Origin: Marsupella aquatica
Taxonomy: Eukaryota > Plantae > Marchantiophyta
Direction of reading: 5' to 3'
Length of the DNA: 64,000 nucleotides
Assembly: GCA_973895155.1 (NCBI GenBank)
Contig: OZ316891.1
Span: 17,169,995 to 17,233,994, forward strand
The position numbers and the translations under genes were made by a program. The notes beneath the pieces were generated by a model, which saw only the letters and a list, made by a program, of their open reading frames with translations, did not search any database and was not told the origin of the DNA. Of the stretch, positions 12,314 through 25,096 are shown in pieces (the stretch's first letter is position 1; every line of letters begins with the position of its first letter).

Positions 12314-14470
12314 ATGGCAACCGTACCATCGACTACCGGTGCCAGCCCAGTCGTGCCCATGCCCGCACCAGCACCAGCTCAGGCTCAGGCTCCGCCTCAG
12401 CCTAGCCAAACCCCACCACTAGTTGCCCCACCCATACAGGTGAGATCCGTTGTCAACGCTGTAGATCTCAGCAATGACGAAGGGGCTACGTTACCCCTAT
12501 TCAGGCGTCCCAAAGGAGCAAACACTCAGGGAGCCGGGACTACATCGCCCCCTCCCCAGGCCCGGACCCGAGTAACGGCTCCAGCGGACAACATGGTGAC
12601 CGTAGCCGCTCCGGCCCCAATACTAATGGTGGTGGCACTACCTATACCCGATCGAGAAGATGGGGAGGTGTCACCCTCCCCGAGCCAGTCTCGGGGAAAG
12701 AAGAGGAAGGAACCCACAGCTATATCCGGGTTACCCATGACCACCGTAGCCGCAGCCAAGGTGACAATGCACCGCATGGGGGAGAACGTGCATAAGAACA
12801 TCCTCCACCCCAAACATGCGGTGTACTTGAAGACTCAGGGGTTTGAGCACCTTGCCTCTCTCCCCTGGAACACCTGCAGGTACTACGGGGAGGACATGAC
12901 ATAATTCGTCAAGAATTATGACAACGTCCGTCAACATACTCGGCTGCGGGGGAGGAATATGTCCCTCACAGAGGAGCGGCTCAGGATGATATTCGGGCTA
13001 CCCAAGGGCTCCCGGGGGCAAAGGAGCCAAGTACCAATCCTCGAGTTTTCCCTCCAAGGGGTCAGTGGACAAGGGGTTCGTGATGAGGACCTGCCTCATC
13101 CCCGAGATAGCCGACCGACTGGAGTTCCAGAGGTACGCCCTCCACATGATGGAACCCCAGGGCGAGATCTCCACTGCCCAAGTTATCCAGGTTGAGAACT
13201 ATCAACCTAGGAAGTGGGCGTCGTACTTCGCTAAGAAGTTCCATGAAGAGATGGAGCGGCGAAGGAAGTTGCTATACATCGGTGGGAAGGCGTATTTTGC
13301 AAGCCACATCGAGATCATTCTTGAGTGGTACACCCGGTTTGATCGACAAACCCTTCCCCGGGTCAACGTAACTAAGTTGGTCCCAGCTAGGTGGGTCTTC
13401 CCGGCCCTGGACAGACGGCCCCAACCCGAGGCCCAAAGTCTGGCGGCCACGCAGGCCTCACCCACCCCACCTCCACAAGTAGCCATAGCCATGGCCAAAG
13501 TGATACCAGACGAGGCAGTAATCGCAACCTTAAACGCGATCAACCAGGCCGGGCCGAGCGCAGAATTCAAAGCGGTAGAAAACTTGGCCGAGCCTAAGGG
13601 TCCAAAAAATCCACCAATGGCTATTCCGGAGGAAAGGATGATGATGGAGGAGGACACTCCAGCCCCTTCCAACACTACATCCCCAGGGTTGGATGTCACT
13701 ACCCCGGCCCCCGCGCGAGTTGACATCTGCCCGTGCCCAAATCCGCACGGGCATACCTGGACCACCCGGAACTCTTCGTACCGGGTACATTTATGAACGG
13801 GCTTTTGGGAGATTTCTCCCAAAAGATTGCCCGGGATACCGGGGAGTTCATGGCCCGGAAGGTAGCCTACTTCTTTAATCAGGAGTTAGTTACCACGGTA
13901 AAAGCAGGTCGGGCCCAGTCAAAGGCCCTTTAGAGGATAGAGCGGTACCGGGTTGAGTCCGTGTTCCTAAAGGACAAAGTTGCGGCTCAAGAGGCTGAGC
14001 TTCTGCAACTATGACCCAAGGTTGCAGCCGCCAATGAGTTGTTAGCAAATGCGCACGCCCTTACCGCCCTAGCCAAACAGGCCAAAGCTGGGAAGGAGGC
14101 CGAGATTGCACGGCTCTGGACCCAGGTTGACAGTTTGAAGAACCAAACTGTCATTTGGCAAAAAGACCCGGAGGAGGCCAAAGAGCGGGCCCAGCGTGAC
14201 ACTACGGAGATTGCCACCCTGCAGACCGAAGTGGCACAGCTTCAAGCCAAAGCCAAGAAACAGACCTAGGTGGTGGACAAGTTGACGAGCAACGCCCAAC
14301 AACTGGAAGAGGCATGCCAGGAGGCAACTGAGGAGACGGACGTGGCAAAGCGAGAGAACGAATCTCTACTAGACCAAGTCCAACTCCTCAAGATGGACAA
14401 CGACAGACTCTGTAGGCAGCGGGATGGCCGCTCCCACTCGGACGGCTTTGGCAAGCGCACCAGGCATTAG
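12314..14470 (+). pseudogene. Insert-2 gene: Pro/Ala-rich region, plant-mobile-domain-like region and coiled coil
   Basis: QGFEHLASLPW...LTEERLRMIFGLPKG...DKGFVMRTC...DRLEF aligns by eye with the insert-1 and insert-3 domain. Coiled coil at ~13930-14470. Several stops and frameshifts. Confidence 0.65.
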
Positions 14471-16679
14471 CGGAGGGTTAGGCTTAGAATAGAACTAGGA
14501 GTAGCTAAAACAGGCTATTAGGACAAGCGCCAGCCAGAAGATAGCGGCACTAACACATTAGCTAGCCTGTGTAGAATAGATTAGACTAATAGGACAAACC
14601 GTAACCAGCTTAACAAGGATATAAGTTAGCGTAGATTCGGGCACGAGGCCAGGCTGGTCCTCAGCCCTTAGTATTTAGCAGCCCCCCAGTAGAGGCAAGG
14701 GGGGATTTTAGACTCAAAAGTTGGCCATTCGCGGTATGCGTGGGGAGTCCCAAACTCGGTGAAGTACCGGAGTGCCAAGGGGAGGGTATACGACTAAGCT
14801 CGTTGGGCGAGTGCGGAGCCGGGCTCCATTGTAGTGTATACTCCTCGACCTTGGGCCCATGCGTTCACAAGGTGTCGGGTCAACCAATCGTAAGTGTATG
14901 ATCATAAATGAATGAAATCCTTTCCCCTCAATTCCTTCGTGTAAATCAAGATTTATGTTTATGTGTAAATGCATGTATGAGTCTCGTGTGCAAGTATCAA
15001 TGTCGGGCCAAACACGTTATGCCAAGCATGCACGGGGTGCAGGTTACGGATATGGGGTTGCAAGCCGGGGTTGAGCACTTGTACTAATGGATCCGGATCG
15101 AAGGCGGTAACACAAAGGCTTAGAAGTCCGTAAGCCGGGGTCGACCCCGTGTCAACTAAGGTACGTTCCGGCAGAACACAAACTATACCTAGGAGGTGTC
15201 TGTACATAACAGTAAACACACTTAGCGCTAGTTTACGTGAGTTAGGAGCATTCCGTGCGTCCCTCCTTGCCCGAACCCTCATATTTACAAAGGATGTGCC
15301 TGTCTAAGCCAAACCCCGGGTTAAGGCCTAGGCTGACGACGTGACAGGAGGCTCCTTCTCCAATCCTCTAAAATCTTTGCCAAAGGACAAGACATGCTTG
15401 GATATGTAATCGTCCATTGAAAGTCCAGCAACACCAAAATAAACTTGTGCAACTTCCTCAATCGTGTCCATTCTCCCCCTTCTTGATTGCGCGGTTGGAA
15501 GAGTTGAGCCAATGTCTGAATGTGAATGAGACGCAGCCGACCGAGTCACGCGATGGGTGTACACAAAACCTAAAAAAGAGGATTGTGAGGACTCGAAATG
15601 ACCGACATGACTATCTCCCATCCTTGTATTACCCCATTGAGAGATATGGCGATTGCGTTGAACAAAACGTCAAACAGTATCGTACAACTCTCCTAGAGCC
15701 CCTGAGCCAATACGGAGTAACAGACTTAGGTACAAAATGTCACGTTCGAACAGGCTGCTCCTAGAGAATTACGTATCTCCCATGAGCGCCAAGTCCCCAT
15801 AGAGGGTTAAGAGATGGAGTCTCTAGCACATTAGAATGTTGCTCAATAGTAACACCAACAGAGCCGAACACTTGGAAGATTACCATTGGACCAACAATGG
15901 TCTTATACTTTGGCAGTGTGATCAGCAATCTTCAATGTTACCGTTAAAATATGACCGTTGATTGATTTAGCCTTATTGATAGCGCCAAGCGCTAGCAAAA
16001 ACAACTCTATATTACCCAATTTAAACTACTAATTTCAATAGCGCCGAGCGCCAACAAATCGACCACATATGTGTTTTTACACAATTCAAATGGATTTCCA
16101 GCCTTGAGGGACCAAATGGATGTTATTTAGAACATTTTATCCTTAAAAGTTTATTAGCGCTCGGCGCTATCATAAATGATATCCAATTCAAAGCTAATCA
16201 TCACGCAAACATAATACAAACTCATCCATATCCAAAAATATTTTCAGAATTCCACTGGTACCAGAAGGATAATTTTGAGCATTCCAATGATAGCGCCAAG
16301 CGCTAATATGGAATGTGTCACGGGTAAGATCCCTCCATCGAAAACTACATGCATTTTCAAGACTTCCAAATGACATTTGGTACAAAGATTGACTCATTCC
16401 CATAAGATAGAACATCAAAAAACACGAACTGACTCATGCAAACTTCGGCAAGGGGATGTCTAAGAGTTTGGAACTCCATTTACGGTCATTGGATTTACTT
16501 CACCAAGTCTAGAAACATCAAGTGTACACTTCAAGATTTTTTAAAAACTGGGGAGTAACCTCCCACTAGATTCCGAGACTACCATGTAGGCAAAAGATTG
16601 ACTACCATTACTACCATTACTGCAACAACTGGTCGTGGCTGTCAACATCGGACTCCACCAAATAGAGTGGGCCCGACCT

Positions 16680-16950
16680 CCGTGACAAGAAACAGGAAAC
16701 AGTGATGATCATAACAGGAAAAATAGTTGAACAAAACAGGAGAATTTGTACTATCATTGACAAAAAACGGCTTAATTTTGACCCAAACCAAAGAGGTCAA
16801 ATTCAACATCAACTCAAAAAGATGGGGAAAACGACAATTATCGGAAGATGCCTTTACTAGCGCTTAGTCCTAACCAAGCGTTCGATACCGTTACAAAATA
16901 TCATTAACAAAATACCCGCTCAACATCTACCGGAATGATCAAAGGATAAC
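16680..16950 (-). repeat. Diverged inverted copy of the non-coding block 32510-32780
   Basis: The reverse complement reads ...ttttgttaatga...ttggttaggactaagcgctagtaaa...ctcctgttttgttc...ttttcctgttatgat...tgtcacgg, matching 32510-32780 at roughly 70% by eye. Confidence 0.8.
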
Positions 16951-19004
16951 GGTTTCTAAGGCAAGAAAAGGTCATCCTCGAGAATGCATGTGAAAGAAAT
17001 CCACACGTTCAGACTTGGAAACTACAAACTGAAACCAAGTAAGGAAATGAAGTCTAGCGCCGGGCGCTAACAAAACTGAAGTCCAAGTGACAAAACTGAA
17101 GTCCAAGTGACCCGTACAATGAAATTTACACATCCGTAAAATTGTAAAAACAAATTTAGTTTTTTGTGCAACCCACAAAACATTGAGCCGTGTTGAAAAG
17201 AAACCAAATGTTGTTTACTAGCGCCAGGCGCTAACCAAAACAAGGTTACCGTTACGAAATGACAAGTCCAACATACCCGTTGAACGTAAACAAGAATACT
17301 AAGCCTTCCTATAAACCATCAGCATTATGCCTCGCTAGAATATAACGCAGTTCCGCAATGGTAAGAATCGGTTGGCTTGGGAGGATATTGTCCACAGGAT
17401 CAAGCTTGCAGATAACTTTGTAAACCCAGTACAAGTGTTTACATGGCATGAAAGGTTTCCCTCGAGAATGTCAACGAAAGAAATCTTCACAAGAGCAACA
17501 AGGGAAAATGCAAATCTGCACCCAGTAAGTATTTGCAGTTCGTAAATGTGCATGTGTGCGTATCTGGAATTGTTTTCCGTATGAATTTCCCGATGAAACT
17601 TCCATAGTTTTGATCAAAGTCATTGTTTCTTTCGTTGCTGATTCAATCCTTTTATGATATTCCTGAGTGAGATTTGATCTGGAGATCATCGCACGCCCGT
17701 TTCTTGTTTGAAAATGGATGTTGACTTGTGCAAGATCGATCTTTTCAGGGAAAATGTCAATGTTGATTCTCAGTTCAAATGGAGAAGGACAACGTGAAAT
17801 AGCACCTCCTCTCGAGACTTCAATGCCCTGCTCGTGAAGGAAATTCAACTCCAGACTTGAAAGATGAGTGCCTTTCTGTACTGGCAAAAAGTCTGGGCAA
17901 GTAGGGAGGTTCACAATACCTCGACGAGGGCGGCTCTTCCAGCAATCACGAGTGGGGCAGAACCAGATAAGCTCTGGATGGTGTTCACCTCTGAATAAGC
18001 GGTAACCTTTGATGACTATTCCGACAACCCCTGCATTTGAAGGATATCCGACCTTCTTAATTCGATTACGACACTCATCTCGATCACAACTTCCAGACAA
18101 CGTCCCATTACACTGAGGTCCAGCACCGTGTCTGGAAACTCTCCGCAAATGCCACAACCTGGGTACAACATCCACTTCAAAAAGCGAAGTGTCTACAAGA
18201 ATGAATGGAGTGGTGTTCGGAACACTTTCTGGAACTTTGGAAGATTGAGTGACATGATGGGAAACTGGAGAGCCACTTTCAGACAAATCGATAACTGGAT
18301 TCGAAGGAGGAGTTCTAAGTATCGGAATGTGCTCAAACTCGACTGAGGTCAAATTTCTCCTCTTGCAACCTCGGGTGTTTGGCGTAGTTATGAGAACCGT
18401 GTCATGTCAATGGGAGTCTTGTGGAGAGACATTCTCGGTCGCCGGACCTTTTCTTTTCATAGACTTCGTCACAAAATCCCCATTCAACGGAGAATCCCTC
18501 TCCAAATCAAATTCTGCTGCATTTGCGAGTAACATATTAGAGGCTTCTTTGAAGAGTTTTGGGGACCCTGCTTGGTCAGCTGAACGAAAAGCCAATTCAA
18601 ACACTGTTGGACCGGTACCCCGATGGAGCCCTTCACGATATGCTATATAGGCTGCTATTTGTGAGATTGCTCTGTTGTGATCGGTCTTACATCCTTCGAA
18701 CAAACCAACTGTTTTCTTTCCCTGCCATGCTTTCATGATTCCGTGAACAGCTTCAGAACCAGTGCAATTGGGAATCATCCCCCCTTCAAGTGCACTTTTG
18801 CTCTGAAAAAGAGTTTTGTCAAATTCAGTACAATATAGCGAATAAAAATAAAGTGGAACTTCAAAATGGGCGGACGAAAGGTATGAATGTTTTCATGATT
18901 ATTGTGAAGATTGAAGAAGCTATCAAGCTATTCGTACGTTAGCGCCCGGCGCTGGCAAAAACATCAATAAATATCACAAGTAGAAAAGGGATATTAATAC
19001 TAGC

Positions 19005-22000
19005 TGTAGTTTGCTATGAAGAACCAAAAACACACTTAAAGGTCTTCAAACTCGGTATTCGTTCCCATAAAGAACAAGATGGGGTTGGTTTGATAGATTT
19101 AATCAATAATAAAGAACTAAAAATGTTTTCCACACATAGTAATCAAGTTTGATTACTTTAATAAGGTACTTTGAAGATCGCTCCACAGCGGTGAGTGGTT
19201 TTCAATGACAACTCAGCATCATGTAACCATAAATTAATGAAAAGGGAATGATTAACAAAATACAAGGAAAATAATCTCAAAGTATGCTAAGGGAGTCTGG
19301 AATTGACCAAGGTTGCTCCTTAGACATAAGTCAAAATGAAAAGACTTAAGGATTCAAATCCACGTTTGCTTTTCAGATCTAAAATGCTTACTAGAGTACC
19401 TTTTAAAATGCCGTAAACATGTCTTATCCTTTCTTTCTAAGTGGTACTCAGATTAAATCTAAAAGGTAGCTACTTCAACATTTAGATGGTACTAAGCAAC
19501 ATGAAAGAAAATCCATCAATTCCAATAAGACTTAAACTCAATGAGTTAACTTTAAGAACTCAGGAGATTGCAATGAATCACCAAAAAGGAATCTATCATC
19601 ACAAGATCCAAAGATTTCTTACAAATGGATTTTACTTCTTGTGTTTATAATCAGAGGTAAAAACACAAGAAGGAGGTAAGTCTCTCCAAATGTTAAACCT
19701 AATCTCGAACTCATAGATTCATGATCAATGGGTTTAACACAAGGTAGAGGCAAAAATGCAAAACTTAACCATACTTCTACACTAGTGGTGGAGGGGTCTT
19801 ATAGTAAAAACCTACAGGGTAAGAGGTCATAGGGTCGAAGAGACATGCCTCTTCATACTCCTCAAAAAGTCAAAACAGCGATTCAGTAAGTGAAAAGCCG
19901 GAAAATGGCTAAGTAAGAACCCGTAAAAGCGTAAAAGCGTAAAGACGTAATCGCGTAAAAGCGTAAAAACATAAAGGCATAATCTGGTGAATGCGGTAGA
20001 CTTAAAGACTTACCGAATTCAACTATTTTTAACTTTCTACTCCTGGCTCGGAAAATTCTGAAAATTTTCCAGTGAGTTTCTCTATGTATAGACTACATAC
20101 TAAAGAAGTTTCATAGCTTTTAAAGCTCTATAACACATTTTAAAAAATAGGGAAAGATGCACTACTCTTAAAACTAACTAAAACACTTGGTTTCTTCCTT
20201 AAGCTTGTTGTCAGATGTCGTCTGGTTCGAGTAGCTCCACGAGGGTAACAGTCCAAGCTTGAGTAACTTCCATCAGCTCACCCTGGCGTGGGGATCCTCG
20301 AGAGTAGGGTAGGCATCTCAATTGCCTTTCAGGATACATCAGGGGCATTCTTCTCCTTAGATAACATATGTCTATTCGAAGAGCTTCTCTATATATCCCA
20401 ATCACGTCATAATTATTGCAAGTAGCAGCATATACTTGGGGATAATGGTATAGAAATTCATCAGAGTTCAGCATCCTGGAATAGAAAGGGTGAAGCCTCC
20501 ATTTGACATCTCTGAAATACCGGTTGAAGTTGGCTAGAGTTTGAGAGGTGACATTGTTCCAGATTCTCTGTTTCTCAGCTAATGAACTGGTTGAAACAAG
20601 GGTAACCTTGGGCTCTCGAGGAAGGTAAGCGTTCTGGGGAGAAGTAGATTTCTTACTCTGCATGAGAAAAGAAACCACAAAATCTAGGGCATAAGCTGCC
20701 AAATTTCCAAAATATGCCAGAACTAAATCTGGATCCTCCACCTCTACATCACCCTGAAGTAGCATCACAGCAAGAATGGGCCGGAAATAGAGAGAGTCAG
20801 TCCAGAACTCATCAAATTGTGTCATCTCCAGTCTGGAAGTTCCAAAACACCTGAGGTCGAAGATATAACTGGCCTCTGTCTTCTTGAGATAGTAGTATTT
20901 CCAAAATTCTCCAACCAGTGGTCTGTTGGCCTGCATAATCTTACAGGTCTCCACATACCTGTGCACTTGGGACTCTGGATGTCTCGGGTATCTACTCTCG
21001 ATGGTGGCATTCCGAGGTGTTTGAGTAGATGAGGTGACAACTGCTACTAAGTTTGGATTGGATCTTAAGGCAGTATCAACATCTTCAAATCCCTGCCTTG
21101 GGGATAACTCAAGAGAATTATCATAAGATCTATAAGTTTCACCATCTGAGGGTGGATCAGAGTCTTCAGGTATATCCTCTCTGACGTAAGGGTGTTCATA
21201 TTGTGACCGATTGTAGGTGGGTCTTTTTGTGGGTTCGTAGTAAAAATCAGGGCTGTAAGGTTGCGAACCTGGGCTAGGAGTGGGACTAGTAGTTGGACAT
21301 TGTTGGATCAAGTTGCTGACCACAGATGCTATCTGTCGAGGTTCACACTGTAGTATTTCTAACAAGTCATCCACAATGGCCACACAGCTGATACTATCTG
21401 TTACTGGAATAGGCTCACTTGTTTCTAGGGGAGGGGGCTGTACAGTGACAGGAGTACAGATCACAAACTCCATTGGTGCTAGTTCTCTTGGGGAAGAGGT
21501 CATTCTGACAGGACTTAGCTGATCATGAAATGGTGATCTCAAACTAACAGCCTCCATTCTCAAATTATTAACAGCGTCATATAGTCCATCATTACTGCAA
21601 CTGAGGAGAGATGTCAACTTATCAATAAGCTGCTAATTTGACTCTGCCTTCGAAGGAGTGGACCTAGTGGTCTCATGAGGAGTAGCATCAGTTGGTGTAG
21701 CAACATCGTCTTGTTGATGAATGCTCCTTACTTCTTCAGCTTCTAGTGGATCTGCATCCATAGTCCGGCTAGGGAAATTCTCATTACTTATTGATTGGCA
21801 AACAACTTCCCTGCTATGCATAGGAGAATGTGTAGGGATTTCTAATGAAGTATCCTCCATAGGAACATCAGTATTCTCCTCAACGTTCTGATCATTCGAA
21901 TTCAATGGGGTGACATGTACAATGTCCTCCATAGGAATTTCTTCTTCAATACCCAAGTCAATCAGGAGTAACCCCCTCTCTGTCTCTTCCTCCAGATATA

Positions 22001-23035
22001 AACAGTCATGAGTATAATAGAGCTGAGAGAGATAATTTTGTAAACAAGTGGTCCTCCCTGCTTCCAAGCTCCTTACTTGATCCTTCATTACATTAAACAG
22101 AAGTAGGGCCCAATTTACTTTTATAGCTCCACTGTGAGCAGCTACAATGGTGTTAGCCAAGGCCATAGGACAGAGAGTTGGCTTTTTCGGATGAAGAATG
22201 GGTACCAGAAATTCCATGAGCACTCTCAATTTAGGATAAGTACACTGGGACAAGTTCCAACCATTCTTGGCATTTCGAGTTCCTGAGAAGTATGGAGCAG
22301 ATAAGTCCTGCTTCTTGGAATATAACGCCTCTCCTTCTAACGGGCATCCAAAGGCGTAAGCAATTTGCTCAACAGTCCACAGGCTGGGGTGAGCTCGAAT
22401 CGTTTGCCTGAATTCAATCGGGATGATAGTCCCCTTCACAAAATCCTGCAAGTAGGAGTCGAGCTCGACATTCCAGGAGATCCTGAGCAAGCGCTCCAAT
22501 CCTAAGTGTTGTAAAGAGTCTTGTAAATTAGAAAGACTATCAGGCGCTCGTGGTATACGAGCTGCCACTACTTTTGAGACTGCTAGAGCTTCAATTTGAT
22601 ACTATTCCTCAACACCCAGGTTCGCCATAGCTGCAATGGTGATTTGCGTGCTGCGAAGGTTGCTTTCGAAGAGAAAGAGCAAGTGAATAGGGGTGGTGAA
22701 AATACAGGAGTGAGCGCCTGAACTCTGTGCTTGATTCCTATCAAGGTATGAAGTCCCCAATTTGTTTCTAAGTCCCGTTGCAAAGTTAGTCGTAGCGCCG
22801 TAACGTGAACTTTCCTTAAACGCGTAAGGCGTAAGCCGTAATCCCGTATTGGCGTAAACTCGTAACAGCGTAAACCCGTAAACCCGTAATGCTCTTATGC
22901 GTAAATGCGTAATCCCGTTATAAAGTATATCCATAGTTTACACTTGGCATTTTAACAGCAACAGCAGGCTTAAATACTGTAAAAAGTTTAAATTTTTCAG
23001 TAATTTCAGGTTTTTGATATTACCCAATACTCACA
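19005..23035 (-). mobile_element. 4031-bp TGT...ACA insert (insert 3), putative giant gene-bearing solo LTR
   Basis: Starts TGTAGTTTG and ends CAATACTCACA. CTAGC is duplicated at 19000-19004 and 23036-23040. Sits inside the transposase intron. Confidence 0.9.
20211..22628 (-). pseudogene. Insert-3 gene, ~805 codons in one frame with two in-frame TAG stops; plant-mobile-domain-like N-terminus and unknown C-terminal domain
   Basis: ATG at 22628 is in frame with ORFs 21633-22568 and 20211-21617. Contains LGLERLLRISW...KNGWNLSQC...LMEFLVPILHPKKP...ANTIVAA...VNW, a motif seen in bryophyte TE-associated proteins. Confidence 0.75.
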
Positions 23036-25096
23036 CTAGCGCCAGGCGCTAGTATACATTGACTCACCAAAGTATGAAATTTCCCCACTGATGCCACCTC
23101 ACAACCCACCAAGCGATCCATCTTTGCAACATTCTAAGTTTCCCAGGAATACAATTTCCAGATCTCCACGATGAATCAATCTCTCGTGATACCCTGTAGG
23201 CTTCCACAAATGAAGCGGCATTCCGCAACTTGTCCCAAAGGATTCGATGTTCAACACGTTTTTCGTCAAGTACTCCTTCGATAGAGTGCCGATGCAAAGA
23301 CTGATAAAAGTGGAATGCATCCGATCGCTCTCTCTCCTGGTTTGGATGGCAGTCAAAGAAGACATTCCTAACCGCTATCCATCCCGCCTGAGCGTTATCC
23401 GCCATGAAACCATGGATTTCCACACCGTTTAAACCGTTCTCCAAAGCGACTTTGATCATCAACCTCCAAGCTTTCTCAAGCGATGCAGTGTCCTCTGCTT
23501 TGAGTTCACAAGTAAATATTGTGCACAAAGCTCGATAGTTATGGTCATACACATGTGCACTAAAAGTACTCCATTCTTTTGACATCCTTTTCATCACGTC
23601 AAAGCTCACCCATGCTCCTTCTAGAGGCCCCCCTTTCTTCATCTGACGCAGTAAATCTACTCCCGATCCATGACCTTTGATAGTCATTTTGAAAATATGC
23701 GCTCTATCACCTTTACAACCCTGCCCAGGAAGAAGATATCTTTGGAGAAAAGGAAACGTAACATTCTTCTGCATGCGAACCAGATATTCCAAATCACCTC
23801 GACCAACCTGATCTTTGCGAACGCTCTTAAATAACGCAAAAACTTCTGAGGCGTTGAAACGAGCATAAGTGATTTCCAGATTTCTGATTCTTCTAGCTTT
23901 GAAATGTCATCCACAGACTCACCTACGGCATCCATTAAAGATCCAGTGATCTCATTTTTCAAAACGCACGGTGTAGAAGAAGGAGACTTCTCATGTTGTC
24001 TCCGTATTTCTTCTATTGCTATTTTCTCAGCACTTCTAGACCAGACCTTCCGACATGGATGGTTGTGCACTCCCATATGGATTGCAAGTCATGACATGTG
24101 TTTTGCAGTGTCATTTTTGATCAAAACTTGCGGGTACATATAAAACATTTTTGCTGGACAAGACTCAACACAAAATGGAACTTGAAGGCAATAGCAACAA
24201 ACAATTCCTCCAGCATCGATAAACCTCCCAGGACAATGCTGACCAGAGAGCTTGGGGGTCCCATCCCATCCATTACAGTTTCTAACTTGAGTCCTGGTGT
24301 AAAACTCACATGCTCTATTTTGGCATTCGAGAGAACCACTACAGCTTACTTTCCCAAACTCCCACATCTTCTTCGGAACGACATTAGCAGAAGTAGGAAG
24401 GATTCTAGTCCAGAGGTAGCAGTCCTTGCATCGATCCATGTTTCGCAGACGATCCCCTTTCGAGCCAACACCTTCAACAGGTGGAAGCTCAAATATGGTA
24501 TTCCCATTGTACTCTATAGGTAAGCATTCAACCTGTTTGTGAATGAATGCCTTGGACCTAACAAAGCGCAATAACTCACTTTGTCCAGTTGACTTCAACA
24601 AGGCATCAAGTGCGCTTCTTCTCTACACAACCAGAACAGGACGAGTTAGAGTGTCTCCATCATCAGACTTCTCCGACGCAATCAATACGGGGAGTACCTG
24701 GGGCGTCAACAAATTGGTACTTCCGCCCTCCTTATTGACCTCACCGCCCTTTGAGATTGGTGGAGAACCCTCAGAGCATTCAGCGTCGGACGTAAGGTCA
24801 ATGACATCGTGAGCGACCTGATGCGTCTCCACCTTGACATGAACGATGTCCCTTAGTTGAATGAAAATCAAGTACTCCACGCCATATTCGAGATTCCAAA
24901 CAACGTCCTCCGCTTCAGTATCAAAATGAGCGGGCCCATCGTTCAAAGTTCTGATACTCAAAATATGTTTTCTCGTCACCCCAAATCTTCCACACAGGTA
25001 ATTATCACTAACACGTTTCTTGGTTTTGAAAATCGACACAGGGATCGTCACAACGTCACCTGTATTCGGACACGTTATTCCAATAATGCGAGACAT

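Larger units (their letters stand above)
11407..15346 (+). mobile_element. 3940-bp TGT...ACA insert (insert 2), putative giant gene-bearing solo LTR
   Basis: Starts TGTGACGCCG and ends CGACGTGACA (8/10 inverted match). GGAGG is duplicated at 11402-11406 and 15347-15351. Removing the insert restores EKEPPQIPLCRL of ParB-MTase copy 1. Confidence 0.9.
8343..15621 (-). pseudogene. ParB-like / N4-N6 DNA-methyltransferase-like fusion gene, copy 1 (spliced, split by insert 2, internal ~0.8 kb deletion)
   Basis: ATG at 15621 (MGDSHVGH...KEPP), continuing after the insert as PPQIPLCRL. It contains FCVFDGNHHLYSW (ParB/Srx DGxHR-type motif), GVDAGFIYLPTG...MDPFLADDG and LELITLPGDIVMDWIVGAGST. The last exon SEWNL...LRLKRGSDRK ends at TAA 8343-8345. 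Colinear with copy 2. Confidence 0.8.
17309..25096 (-). pseudogene. MULE/Mutator-family transposase with GCM-like Zn domain, DDE core and SWIM finger
   Basis: ATG at 25096. Motifs: SCSGSLECQNRAC...C..C..P.C...CPAK...LAIHMGVHNHPC (WRKY-GCM fold), SFDVMK, FMADNA, DAFH (at the CxxH position), GSEAVH, and CSCEDF...PCKHLYWV (SWIM). Intron ~18803-23067 hosts insert 3. Several TGA/TAG stops and frameshifts. Confidence 0.85.
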
